From Azolla caroliniana (lineage: Eukaryota > Plantae > Polypodiophyta): a stretch of DNA of 64,000 nt. Below, in pieces: positions 37,056-49,300 of the stretch (the stretch's first letter is position 1; every line of letters starts with the position of its first letter). Location: contig JBHGNT010000009.1 in the NCBI GenBank assembly GCA_043228905.1, positions 6,820,001 to 6,884,000 of the forward strand, written 5' to 3'. Both the position numbers and the translations under genes were made by a program. The notes under the pieces were generated by a model. It had not been told where the DNA came from. It did no database searches and saw only the letters and a program-made list of their open reading frames with translations.

Positions 37056-40000
37056 ATGAAGGCAATACTATTAGTATTGGCTTGTATCTTTCATTTTATG
37101 ATCTTGATGATATGTGTAACCGGTGATGCCTCCCATGCAAAGATGTCTGAATATATCTTGTCAAAAGCTCCTTTTTTTCCAAATATTATTGTGAGTGGAA
37201 ATATATCGGTGTCAGATGGCATAGAGAGTCTTACACTACATTCATTGGATTCTCGACCATTGCCTTTGGAGCGAACATGGCCAGTAAGATTTTCCAATAC
37301 TCTAGTATAACTTTCTTTTAAAATATATATATTGTGCATGTAGGATATATAAAGTTAACAGTATTGTATGACTTGGTTGGTTGTATGGCCTGATCACATG
37401 GAAAATCCAGCACTACATATATTTCCATACTCATGGAAATCAATGCATATTCTACCTCAAATTTAATCTTTATTCTAAGAGGTGCATCGCAAATCATTAT
37501 GCTAGAAGGAAAGTGTCATATGCTTCTGTGTGTGTGTGTGTGTGTGTGTATGTATATATATATATATATATAGCTTGAAATAATCATACAAGATCAATGT
37601 GTATACCACAAAACCTGTTGTCCATATAAATGTGGATGTAAAAAAAGTTGTGTTGTTGTAGAATTTGGAGTTGAGTTGGCCTTTTGCTATCGGAACAATA
37701 GTCGCATTTGTTGGTGGATCCTTGGGGTGTGTAGGTGGTATTGGTGGAGGTGGCATTTTTGTTCCTATGCTCGTGCTTATTATCGGATTTGATCAGAAAT
37801 CCGCGACAGCTCTTTCAAAATGTTAGTATGATTCCGATGATTTTCTCTCTCTTAAATAATATCACTCTGATTTTTTATGCATGTGTCGCGGGAAATCATT
37901 ATAACAAGACATAGATTTCTTTGGTTCAATTTCTTTAAATTTAGGCATGATCATGGGATCATCACTTGCGTCTGTCTGGTACAACTTCCGACTCAAGTCT
38001 CCGATTGTCGACTATGATCTTGCATTAATTTTCCAGCCTATGTTGATGCTTGGGATTAGCATTGGAGTGATTTTCAATGTGATTTTCCCCAATTGGGTTG
38101 TCACTATTTTGCTCCTAGTGCTTTTTGTAGGTAGTGATTCTTTTTATGTGGAAAATTTGATCTATATTCTATCGATAAAAAATCTTTCTCTTTACAAATG
38201 CAGAGACTGGTCAATTTTAAGGGCTTTTATTCATTTTTTTGCAGGGACATCTGCCAAGAGTTTTTTCAAAGCGATAACTCTTTATAGGAAAGAGACAACC
38301 CAGAAAACTGTTAGTTCTTGACAAAAAATAGTTACTGCTGGTGTTCAATCAAATAAAACCTTTTTTCCCTTCTTAATAAGTTGCAATTGTATATATTAAT
38401 GGCAGCTTGATAAAGAAGGAAACCTACCTGCATCGTCATCCTTTGAAGAAGGTTTGGCAGAATGAAAATTGATGATAGATAATACGGATGCATACATACA
38501 TGATACGCATAATATATATGTAATCTGTATGCATGAATGCATACATATAATATATATTCAATCTGTATGCATGCATACATACATATTTATATATTCATAC
38601 ATTGGAAATTATTTATGTAGATCATACTAACTTTCAGTGAAATTAACACTTCAGGTTTCGAAGATAGAGTCTATTTAGATTTAGAGTCCCCTCGCCTCAA
38701 TAAGTGTGTATGTATCCTTCTTTCCTCGTCTGAAGTTATTATTATTATTATTCAAGATTAAATTTTATGTCCAACAATTAAAAACAACCAAAAAGATGTC
38801 ATTGAACCATTTGCATTCTTACCTTTCCAATAGATGAAGGATAAAAAAAAGTAGTATTCTGATGCTAGTTGAGTTTAACTTCAACACTTATTTATATAGG
38901 TAACACTTTGAACTGTAATGGTTTTCTTGCACCAGAGGCACGTTAGGAGGAATTGGAAGAGTCTTTTGGCATTAAGTTATGTCTGGATTTCATTTTTGGT
39001 TTTACAAATTCTCAAGGTGAGTAGTTTAAACATTTTTTAAACCACCAATATATATATATATTTCATAACCTGAGACTATGCTTGCAATATAAATCAATCT
39101 TTATTCATACAGAACTATACTCGAACATGCAGCACACACTTCTGGGTCTTTAATATACTACAAGTATGCACTTCCATCTTTCTAAGTGCCATCATCATTT
39201 AAACTTAAAATCAGCTTAATACAATGAATGCTACTAAGTAGCCTTACTGGTAAAGATATTGGATAACCCAAATTTTCTTGTATTGAATTATTTTGGTAAG
39301 GTTCCAGTAGCAGCTTCAGTTTTCTTTGGCAAAGCAATCCAATTGTATATTAGAAACAAAAAGATGGTGCCAGATGTGGAAGGAACCTTAATTTCAGTAG
39401 CAGAGCTCCACTGGACAATGCCGATGCTGTGTGGATGTGCTTTAGTTGGACTTCTAGCTGGTACTGTCGGAGGTTTGCTTGGACTTGGCGGTGGTTTCAT
39501 CCTCGGACCCGTTTTTCTAGAGATGGGCATGCCACCTGAGGTTTCAATGCTTAGGACCTATAATCACATTTTCCCTGAAGTTTTTGAGAAGCATTGAATA
39601 GTTTCCCCTTGTAGATAGAATGGATGGATGCCTTCACTTCCGAGTGAGCTAGGCCAATCAATCCCTCCCTTCTTTCACTTTTTTCATGTTTTGTGGAATT
39701 TTACTGTTACATTTAAAAATAGATCTATTTTGAATTTAGGTCGGGGGTGCAACTGCAAGCTTCGTCATGCTTTTCTCTTCATCGATGTCCGTCATTGAGT
39801 ACCATTTGCTTCACAGGTTTCCTGTTCCAACAGGTAACAATCTCTTTCCTTTTTTATGACTTTATGCTACCCTCTTTGTAATCAATTAAGCAGCATAGCA
39901 ACATAACCATCACACTTTCTGCTTTTTTCTTCTCTTCTGCTCTCTTCTAATAAAGGCTACTAAATTCTTAAAACCTTTGGGTCTTTCCATTGTGATGCAT

Positions 40001-40633
40001 TTTTCTTTGTATTTAGCTAATTATATACATTCCCAAACCTGTGGTATTTGAGGCCAGAGAATTTGAAACACTTGATCATTAGGCTAATTAAAAAATCTGA
40101 ATGGGATGGTCTTTTTTATGTATGAAATCAGATAAATATGACTTTTATCCTTGGATTCATTCATGATGCTAATTGGGTGCACGGACCCAAAAAACAAAAA
40201 CATGCTTTGCTGCAGCATTCTATCTCTTTGCGATAAATATGGCTGCTGGATTTTGGGCTCAAATGGTGTTGCGGCGAATTATTGGTGTTTTCGGACGGGC
40301 ATCAATCATAATATTCGTTTTATCCTTCGTCATTTTTGTTAGCGCCATATGCTTAGGTAAACAATTGAATATAATCGAAAATGTGATCCATATGTTTATT
40401 AACATTACTGAAAATTGTGAAGTAAATGTACTGCAATTTAGTGATTTTTGTCTACTTAAGATTGTATGCACTCTTAAGATTTCTTTCTACTTAATACATA
40501 TATGTATGTATATTGTGGCATATAATCCTTGATTTTTGCTGGAGTTTCAGGTGGCTATGGAATTCATGATAGTCTCAATAAGCTGCATACTGGTGAATAC
40601 ATGGGATTCTTGAACCTATGCACATCTTCATGA
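37056..40633 (+). CDS. Sulfite exporter TauE/SafE family (DUF81) membrane protein, about 12 coding exons
   Basis: Spliced motifs ERTWP|[89 protein letters not shown]|[42 protein letters not shown] junctions are phase-compatible. Confidence 0.92.
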
Positions 40634-41511
40634 GTAATGTTATCGTATATGTTGTTACAATATTCTCGTCAAACCATTTCGACATAGAATGTAAGTGCAT
40701 AGATACATATACATACATCATAAATGATGATATATATATATGTATGTATGTAGGTAGCTGTGTCCATTATGTATGTATGCATGTAGACACGCACGTACAC
40801 ATTTAGTTTTGAGCTGAGGAAGAGGAAGCACAAAAAGAAACTTCATAATTGGACATGTGCATTTTCCCATGGATATATAAACTGAATGTCATGCAAACAT
40901 GTGAATTATTTTGTGATAAGCCATCCATTGATGGAATAACAAAGTAGAAATTAGCTCCATGCTAATTGTATTAAAGGCAAATTATGTATGAAAATCACAG
41001 AATGTGTTTTTAGTTTGTAAGGCAGCAGGCTATCATCCAATGTGTTTGAAGTCGTAAAGATGCCATCGAATATGTTTAAGATTTACACACATCCCATTGT
41101 TTACTTAGTGTATTATAACTACTATTTATGGACTTGTATATTATGTTTGCAACTTTATACAAAAGAAAGGTTTACACGTATAACCAACATTATTAGACAC
41201 CTTTGTTTAATTGACAAAAACTTATTGATGGTGATTTCATCTGACGTATACTTAGTGCTCTTGATTAGTTCATTTCTCAAAATATAATAATAATTTAATG
41301 TATTATGTTTTCAATACCAATATGTTTTAATTTTAATCCTAACTTTTTGTTGATGGCTTTAGGGTGGCCCCTCTCGCTAGTCTCTAGAGCTCTTTCCTTA
41401 GGTAACATATTAGCAAACTTGATTCTTATGTTTTTTTAGCAAACTAATCTTTCTTTACGTACAAGTCTAATGGCTAAGCCTTATTGATTTGAAAAGGTAA
41501 TTGAGTGAGCA

Positions 41512-41685
41512 CCATGAATTGTAGTGTGTATACTATCGTATCATAATGTTTAAATAACACTAATACATTGGTCATCCTGAAATTTGCATTTAGATTGGCC
41601 ATGAAATTGTAGTGTGTCTACTATCTTTTCATAATGTTTAAATAACGCTAATACATTGGTCATCCTGAAATTTGCTTTTAAATTG
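41512..41685. repeat. Tandem duplication, 2 x about 87 bp
   Basis: CCATGAA(A)TTGTAGTGTGT..CATAATGTTTAAATAAC.CTAATACATTGGTCATCCTGAAATTTGC occurs twice. Confidence 0.9.
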
Positions 41686-42453
41686 TCTTTTTGCATATGC
41701 TTCCATTAGTTTGATTTAGTCTAATGATTGATTTTGGATTCGCATGAACTTATGTCATACTTTTTCCCGAGTGAAATTAGATAAACAAGGTGTGGCATTT
41801 GTGGGTTATAGTCTCAATTCTCAAGTAGACAACTGAGTTGGGATGGTGCATTCATACCAAAAAAACATTATTTCTATTTGTAATTAACTTAATTACTTTG
41901 AACAAGAAACATTATGTTGCATGAGAATTAGTAACCTCACTATATGTTAAGTATTGCCAATGAAGCTTTGTGTAATTGTCAGCGATTATTCTTAAAAGCA
42001 AGTTGACAAAACCTTGAAGAAGATTGTAGCCAATTGAGAAACTTCAGATACCATGCTTTCAAACCTTTTCGGTGATATAATTTTTGCATCATCACATGGT
42101 CATTGGAGATTTCAAAGGTTTTGTTTGTATATATTGTTATGATGAAGACACCATGACATATTTTAGCATGCGTGTGGGTCCAGCCTAAACACTATCAAGT
42201 GAACATCAAAAGTTATTATATGAGAAACATGATATCATTTCTATTGCTTTTGCATGCATAAGGTAAAATGTATGAGCATCATAAGATCTAGTGGATAGTC
42301 ACTGGTTTGGCACCATATATCATCTAGCAAACACCATTCTCATTAATTAATTAAGAGGATTTTGATGAACTTGATGGATGAAAAAAAATCTCGTTTTTTT
42401 AGCATTTGAAAGCATATGATGCACATGAAAAATTACCTATAGTAGCTTATTCA

Positions 42454-42810
42454 AGGATACTCGAAATGAGGTAGTCGAAATCTCTCTTCCTAATACACAT
42501 TGAAGTATTACCATATTTATGAGGAAGTTCACATGCATAAAAAGGAGTTCAACTTTGCCCCAAGTCAATTTTGCAAGTGATGAATAATGTAACTATATTA
42601 CGGCCGTAACTCCACACAATGAACAATATTATGCTAGGATACTCGAAATGAGGTACTCTAAATCTCTCTTCCTAATACGCTAATTGAAGTACCATATTCA
42701 CCAAGAAATTCACATATTTGAGAGAGAGACCTTATCCAAAGTCAATTTTGTAAGCAATGAACAATGTAACTATATTACTAGTGTAACTCTGCACAATGAA
42801 CAATATTAAA
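42454..42810. repeat. Degenerate tandem duplication of about 180 bp, with a further partial copy near 43000-43085
   Basis: AGGATACTCGAAATGAGGTA...AAATCTCTCTTCCTAATAC...AATGTAACTATATTAC...CACAATGAACAATATTA occurs twice. Confidence 0.8.
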
Positions 42811-43365
42811 TTAGTAATCAATGCTACAACATTCTAAACACCTCCATCCACTGTATTAAATGAGATCCCCTATATGTCTATTTTTTTCCCCAAAAAACCT
42901 ATATATTTTCACTACACTAGTTGATGTATTGTATTCATCAAGAAGTCCACAAGAGCAAAAGACCTAAGCTTTATCCCAAGTTAAAAAAATTAACTAATGA
43001 GAATGAACTATATCATAGTAGTAACTCTGGAAAATGAACTTTAATACATTAGTAACTTATGTTAGGTCATTTGAAACACCTCCAAGGAGCATGTTAAAGG
43101 AGAACTCTTAATCCTTCTTATTTCACTAATGGAAGTATTGTATTCACCTAGAGCTCAATTTTAATGTTAATTTCATGACATACGCATAATGCTTATCATG
43201 GGGCATACTTATGTGGCAAATGCTCATGCTAGCATGTGTGGGGATTGTTACGTCATGCAAGCATTGAACTTATATTGATGGCATTGGGGAATGTTCCATG
43301 GAGGGGAGGGCAACAATATTATAATGGTCGGTTTTACATGCAGTTAAATTTTTTGTGTGGTTTTC

Positions 43366-43400
<35 letters not shown>

Positions 43401-45309
43401 TGTGTGTGTGTGTGTGTACTGACCACTCCAATATAAAGAGCCATGTTTGCTGAGCTTTTCATTTGCATTGCATTACATACCTTTGCTTGTTGAATGGACT
43501 AGAAATTTATTAATCAAATTTGACCACATTGCTAATTTCCTCGTACTAACCACTTCCCATGAACACTTTATGGCTACTTACCCGGTATTGTCGCTTGTTA
43601 TACAAAAGAAAATTGTTTTCAATATGATTGACCACTTTTGTGATGAACGACTCCTTATTCATAAAGCAATGAGATCTAGTAAAGTGGAAAGGAATGCATT
43701 GGTAAACAATTCTTTTTATAAAAGCGAGGATAGTAAATCTAAATTAGCATCAGCATATGCAAACGACAATCATTCATTACTTGGTTTATCTTTTCCCGAA
43801 ACTTAAGGTTTAAACTATTTGATGTCGTATGAATGTTGTCCATCTTGGATTTCACAATTGTTCCCTAGCTTTTTTCATAAGAGACCTACATTCATGTGAG
43901 ATATGTAGCAACATAAATTTTTGGTGCATCCGCATAATCGATGCCATAGATTTTAACAACAATTCTATTCATTCATAGAATATTCACTCAACAATAACAT
44001 TGTTACCGGCTTTGGTGGATGTAGTGTCATTCTTTGTATTTATAATTGTAGTGTTGTTTCAAGATTTGGTTTGGAGCACATGTTTCTTCCTTACTTTTAG
44101 GCTTTATCCATTCCTTGCAATGAAAAATCAACATATGTCATCCTTTGCATGCATGCACCGTAAGAAGTTTGTCTAACCATATGTTTACAAGGTTTTCATC
44201 GTTTACTATAATCAATCATGTTTATAGATCATCAACAATTCATATATTTCATTTCATGTTTTTTCTCTTTTGTACTTTATGAAGAAATGAGTCATTGGAG
44301 GTAGTTCTTGAGGAACATTTACTCTCTCTTTTTGGAAATAATGGCTTTCATTACATAAGAAAAAACACCACCATGACTAACTTACTACAAATTATAGAAC
44401 CCCTTCTATCTATAGGATCTAAAGACTACTATGACTCCAAACTCAATGCCACCCTACACACCAATTCAAATGGTGAATATGATTATATGTGACCGACCTT
44501 GTAGAGTTCTCTCTCTTCATGGTTGAGATTTCGTCACCTCTCTAGCACTGCCATTTACTCTAGGAAAAACCTTGTTTTAGGAAAGGCTTAGTAATGCATT
44601 TTAAATGTCCGGTCTCATAGATTAGCAAAGATATGGCCCCAAATTGATTGGTGTCATTGTTGAATCTCAATATATGTGAAGACAGGGTATTGTATGTACA
44701 ACTTATCTCTTTCTAATTTTGGGACACTTAAAGCAAGGTCGCTTATGGTCAAATAAATAGCACCATAATATTTCCTCGCTAAAGTTTGAGGTTGTCAATT
44801 ACTATCATTCTACCAATAGTCATGAAGGTGCAACACTTCTTACACACTTAATGTTTGGCTATTTTTTAATAATATAACAACATATTGTTTTATCAACAAA
44901 ATTAAGGGTGTCATGTTGTAAATATGATGTTTAAGATGGAGTGTCAACAAGGCAACAATTGTTCCCCTATCACTAAAGGAAACCAAGGTAGATCATCAAG
45001 AGAGAATGTGGGGGATGCTCCTTGTGATCCATCACATGTAGAGATTCTATTTATGGTTCATCATTTGGGTGCTAAGACATTTCACTTAATAGTCACGTGT
45101 TACCTTGATTACCTCTAGTATGTTCCTTCTTTATATGGTAGTATCCATTTATATTATTGTTTAACATAAACAACAAAGTTTAATGTCACAAAAAAGATGG
45201 ATGGATATGTATTAGCGTGAAGCATCATGAAAAGCACATATTCTCTCACAATGGGTGCACAACACACCACATGATTGATTGTTTCAACCATGAAAGAAAC
45301 ATCCAATGT

Positions 45310-45880
45310 CGGCACGGAGGGCAAACAACAAATTTTAACTAGGAAAGCAATATGTATCCAATGCCCGAAGGGAGGAGACACATGATTTCTTTAACTCTAT
45401 ATATAGCCAAGGTCTACAAAAGAGGATAAAAGGATTGTTTCAACTAGGAAAGCAATATGCAGTGTCTGCAGAAGAAGACAAAAGGGTAGTGTAAGCAAGG
45501 AAAGCGATGTCCAATGTTTGCAAAGAGAACAAAATGTCTATTTTAACTAACCAGGGAAGCATTAGGAGATGTCCAGAAAGAGGATAAAAAAGGACCCTTT
45601 AAAACTAGGAAAGCAATAGCCAAGGTCTGTACAGAGGACACTAGACAGACTGTCAAGCCCAGCCAATAGCCAATGTCTGTAAAGAGGACAACAAATTGTC
45701 AAGCACAGGAAATCAATGTCCAATGTCAGCAGAGAGAAACAAATGTCAGCAATAGCCAAGGTCTGTACAGAGGACACTAGACAAATTGTCAAGCCCAGCC
45801 AATAGCCTATGTCTGTAAAGAGGACAACAAATTGTCAAGCCCAGGAAATCAATGTCCAATGCCAGCAGAGAGAAACAAAG
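45310..45880. repeat. Minisatellite of about 40-45 bp monomers with a recent 136-bp higher-order duplication, upstream of the beta-galactosidase gene
   Basis: Recurring AGGAAAGCAAT..(C/T)CAA(T/G)GTCTG.A.AGAGGAC. 45613-45743 and 45749-45880 are near-identical. Confidence 0.85.
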
Positions 45881-46398
45881 GGACTCTTCGGATGATTAAA
45901 CGACGAAAGCATAGCCAACACCGGTGTAGAGCGTGGGCGCAAGACCGACTTTACTACATACATACATACATACATACATACATACATACTGTTACTCTAC
46001 TACTAAAATCTACTATTACTAGAGTCGGCTACTTTGGAGTGTCATGAGAGGTGGGGGTTAAGTCTATAATTGTGGGGAAGTAGAGAGTCAGTCATGTACT
46101 AATAATAATAATGTTCACCATATCTTCACCATCCATGAATCTCTCTCTTTCTCTCTTCATTCCTTCCCTTCATAAATCTCTCTGTCTCTCTTCATGACAG
46201 AGACAGCCAGAATGAGAGACTGAGATAAAAGTGTATATACTATACATATACCTGCATTTCCCATTCTTCTTCTTCTTCACATGGCCATGTATACATACAT
46301 TATTACATACATAAAGACTGAGAAGCTCTCTGTTTCTCAGTCTAGATATTATTAGTTGTATACAAAACACACACACTCACACTCACACACACACACAT

Positions 46399-49300
46399 AT
46401 GGCATCTCCCCTGTTCCTCCCCTGTTCCTCTTCTTTTTTTCTTCTTCTTCTTCTTCTTCTTCTTTCTCTTCTTCATTTTCCTTTGCATTCACATTCTTCA
46501 GATTCTCTGGCTCAGGCATACAATGTGAGCTATGACCATCGCTCTCTCATCATCAATGGGCACCACAGGATCCTTCTCTCTGGATCCATTCATTACCCCA
46601 GAAGCACCCCACAGGTACTAATATCACCACCATTACCTTTACCATTACCATTACCATTACCTTCACCATCACCACCATTTCATCTGAAACCAATGTTCTC
46701 CCATAGATAGAAACCGAAGGATGAGTCGATAGCTCTTATTTTTATTTATTTATTAATCTGGGAAAATTGGTTAAGTTATCATGTAATGTAAGCAGAAATA
46801 TGGAGAACCCCAAACCCCTGCGGTTTGGGAGAATGAGTTTTAGTAAAAATACTTTGATTTTTTAGAAGATATCTTGCCGCTAAATTTAATTCTCTCTTCT
46901 AATTTTAGCTCTTATTACACATACACATACACTTGGCACTTGCATTTCCATATATTTGTACCAGACATCACATGGATACCTACTGCATTATCTTATTCCT
47001 GGCTTTCTGTTGTCTTGTGATTTTGGTGGGGGCAGATGTGGCCAGATCTCATCGGAAAGGCAAAAGAAGGAGGTATTGATGTCATTGAAACTTATGTTTT
47101 CTGGGACCAACATGAACCTGCCAAAGGAAAGGTAAGCTTTGCTCATTAGTTTATCTAGAAAAGAGCATACTTTTAAATGCTATTTCTGGATCATTTTATC
47201 CATCCTAAGTATTATTTAGAGGAAGAATCTATGATACTCCAAATTTTATAACCATTTGCCAAGGTAACATTACCAAAATGTTAATTATCAAAGCAACCCT
47301 ATGCCATATTTACCAAAATACCCCTACATTTTGTGAAATCACCTCATTTTTTACAAGTTTGCTCATGATGCAGTTAGGTCAATTTACAATCATATTAGTT
47401 TTATGAGAAGGCTCAATTTTGTACCCAATATAATCTCCAAAACACTCCCTAATTTCTCTTTTATTCTCCCCCCCAAAATGATCACTCCCAACTACTTCAA
47501 TGTTTTTGTCATTTCTCTCAATGGCATCAATCAAACCGCTCCCCTAACAATTGTATATAGTGTTCGAGCTATTCGAGCAATTATATGGTCCATTCATATC
47601 TCCCTTTATTCCCTAAGTGCATTCGTAGAGATTGTAATGGAAACATAGAAAATAACTCTTATTGTCGGAAAATCTTCTTGTCCATTTTCTTTGTTTACAG
47701 TATGACTTCGGAGGAAGGAGAGACCTTGTGCGATTCGTGAAGGAGGTACAAAATGCAGGCCTCTTTATGAACCTTCGGATCGGTCCCTACATCTCCGCAG
47801 AATGGAACTTTGGGTTTGTTCCTACCATTTCTTTAGCTGAGCATGAAACACCCCCACACACATACACACACAGAAGCATGAATACTTACATATAGGTATA
47901 CAAATACATGGATGAAAGAATATCTAATTAAAACACATACACATACACATACACATACACATGTATGTATGTATGTATGTATGTATGTATGTATGTATAT
48001 GTATGTATGTATATGTATGTATGTATATGTATGTATATGTATGTATGTATATGTATGTATGTATATGTATGTATATGTATGTATGTATATGTATGTATGT
48101 ATGTATGTATGTATATATGTATGTATGTATGTATGTCATTGAGGCTTTGAAGCCTTTACGTGTAATCGTTAATTTAGTTTTGAACTCATGAGAAACATAA
48201 TGTGAAACAGGGGCTTGCCTGTCTGGTTACACCTTGAGCCTCATGTTGTATTCAGGACAGATAATGTGCCATTCAAGGTTCATAGCAATCTCTTAATAAG
48301 TTTTATTATGTCTCAATGCCTCCTCACAGTGAGAGAGTTTAAATATCAATGGTGCTTGGTATTTGGCTCAGGCTCATATGCAAAACTTTGTGGGGAAAAT
48401 TGTCAACATGATGAAAGAAGAGGGATTATTTGCATGGCAAGGGGGTCCCATTATCTTGGCACAAGTAAGTTGAATTCTCTTAGTCCGAAGACCATTAAAA
48501 TGTATATGATCGAGATTTTGATATAATATGGTTATTATATAACTGCATTACCTAGAGTTATTCAGAAAATGCATGGTAAAGGACAATGTAAAAAACCCCC
48601 AAGGGTTGGAAAAGATGACTATTGCATAAGGAAATAATTCTGTCTCCAATCTCACACAAGAAATAATGGTGTTGCAGATAGAAAATGAGTTTGGAACGTG
48701 GCCATTGGGGACGTCGGAGCATGCTTATGCAATGTGGACGGCTAAAATGGCTACCTCAATGAATACAGGTGTGCCATGGATCATGTGCCTACAGTTTGAT
48801 GCCCCTGATCCAGTGGTAAGGGAGTTATCTGTATACATATGTTTACTGAGTATGATCTGGATGCATATATTTACTGAGTATGATCTGGATGCATATATTT
48901 ATATATTTACTGAGTATGAAGGCATGGTTTTCCTGTTTTGATCTAACTCTTAATCATATTTATCTAACAGATTAATACTTTCAACTCTTATTATGCTGAT
49001 AACTTCTATCCAAATGGAGATGACAAGCCCAAAATGTGGACAGAGAATTGGACTGGTTGGTGAGTAGAGAAAGATTGTACAAGTCTCTTTGTGGCATCCT
49101 TAAAAACTTTGGAGTTTTAATTGCCTCCTGAGTTGTAGGTGTGTGGCTTATCTCTTTACACCATTTGTAATATCTATAGGTTTCAGTCATATGGGAAACC
49201 CACTCCATACAGGCCTGCAGAAGACTTGGCGTTTTCAGTCTTGAGATTTTTCCAGAAGAATGGAAGTTTTCAAAATTATTATATGGTAAGGATTTTTGTT

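Noticed and set aside
47912-48191. MYVCMY-type ORFs
   Set aside because: They are translations of an intronic microsatellite.
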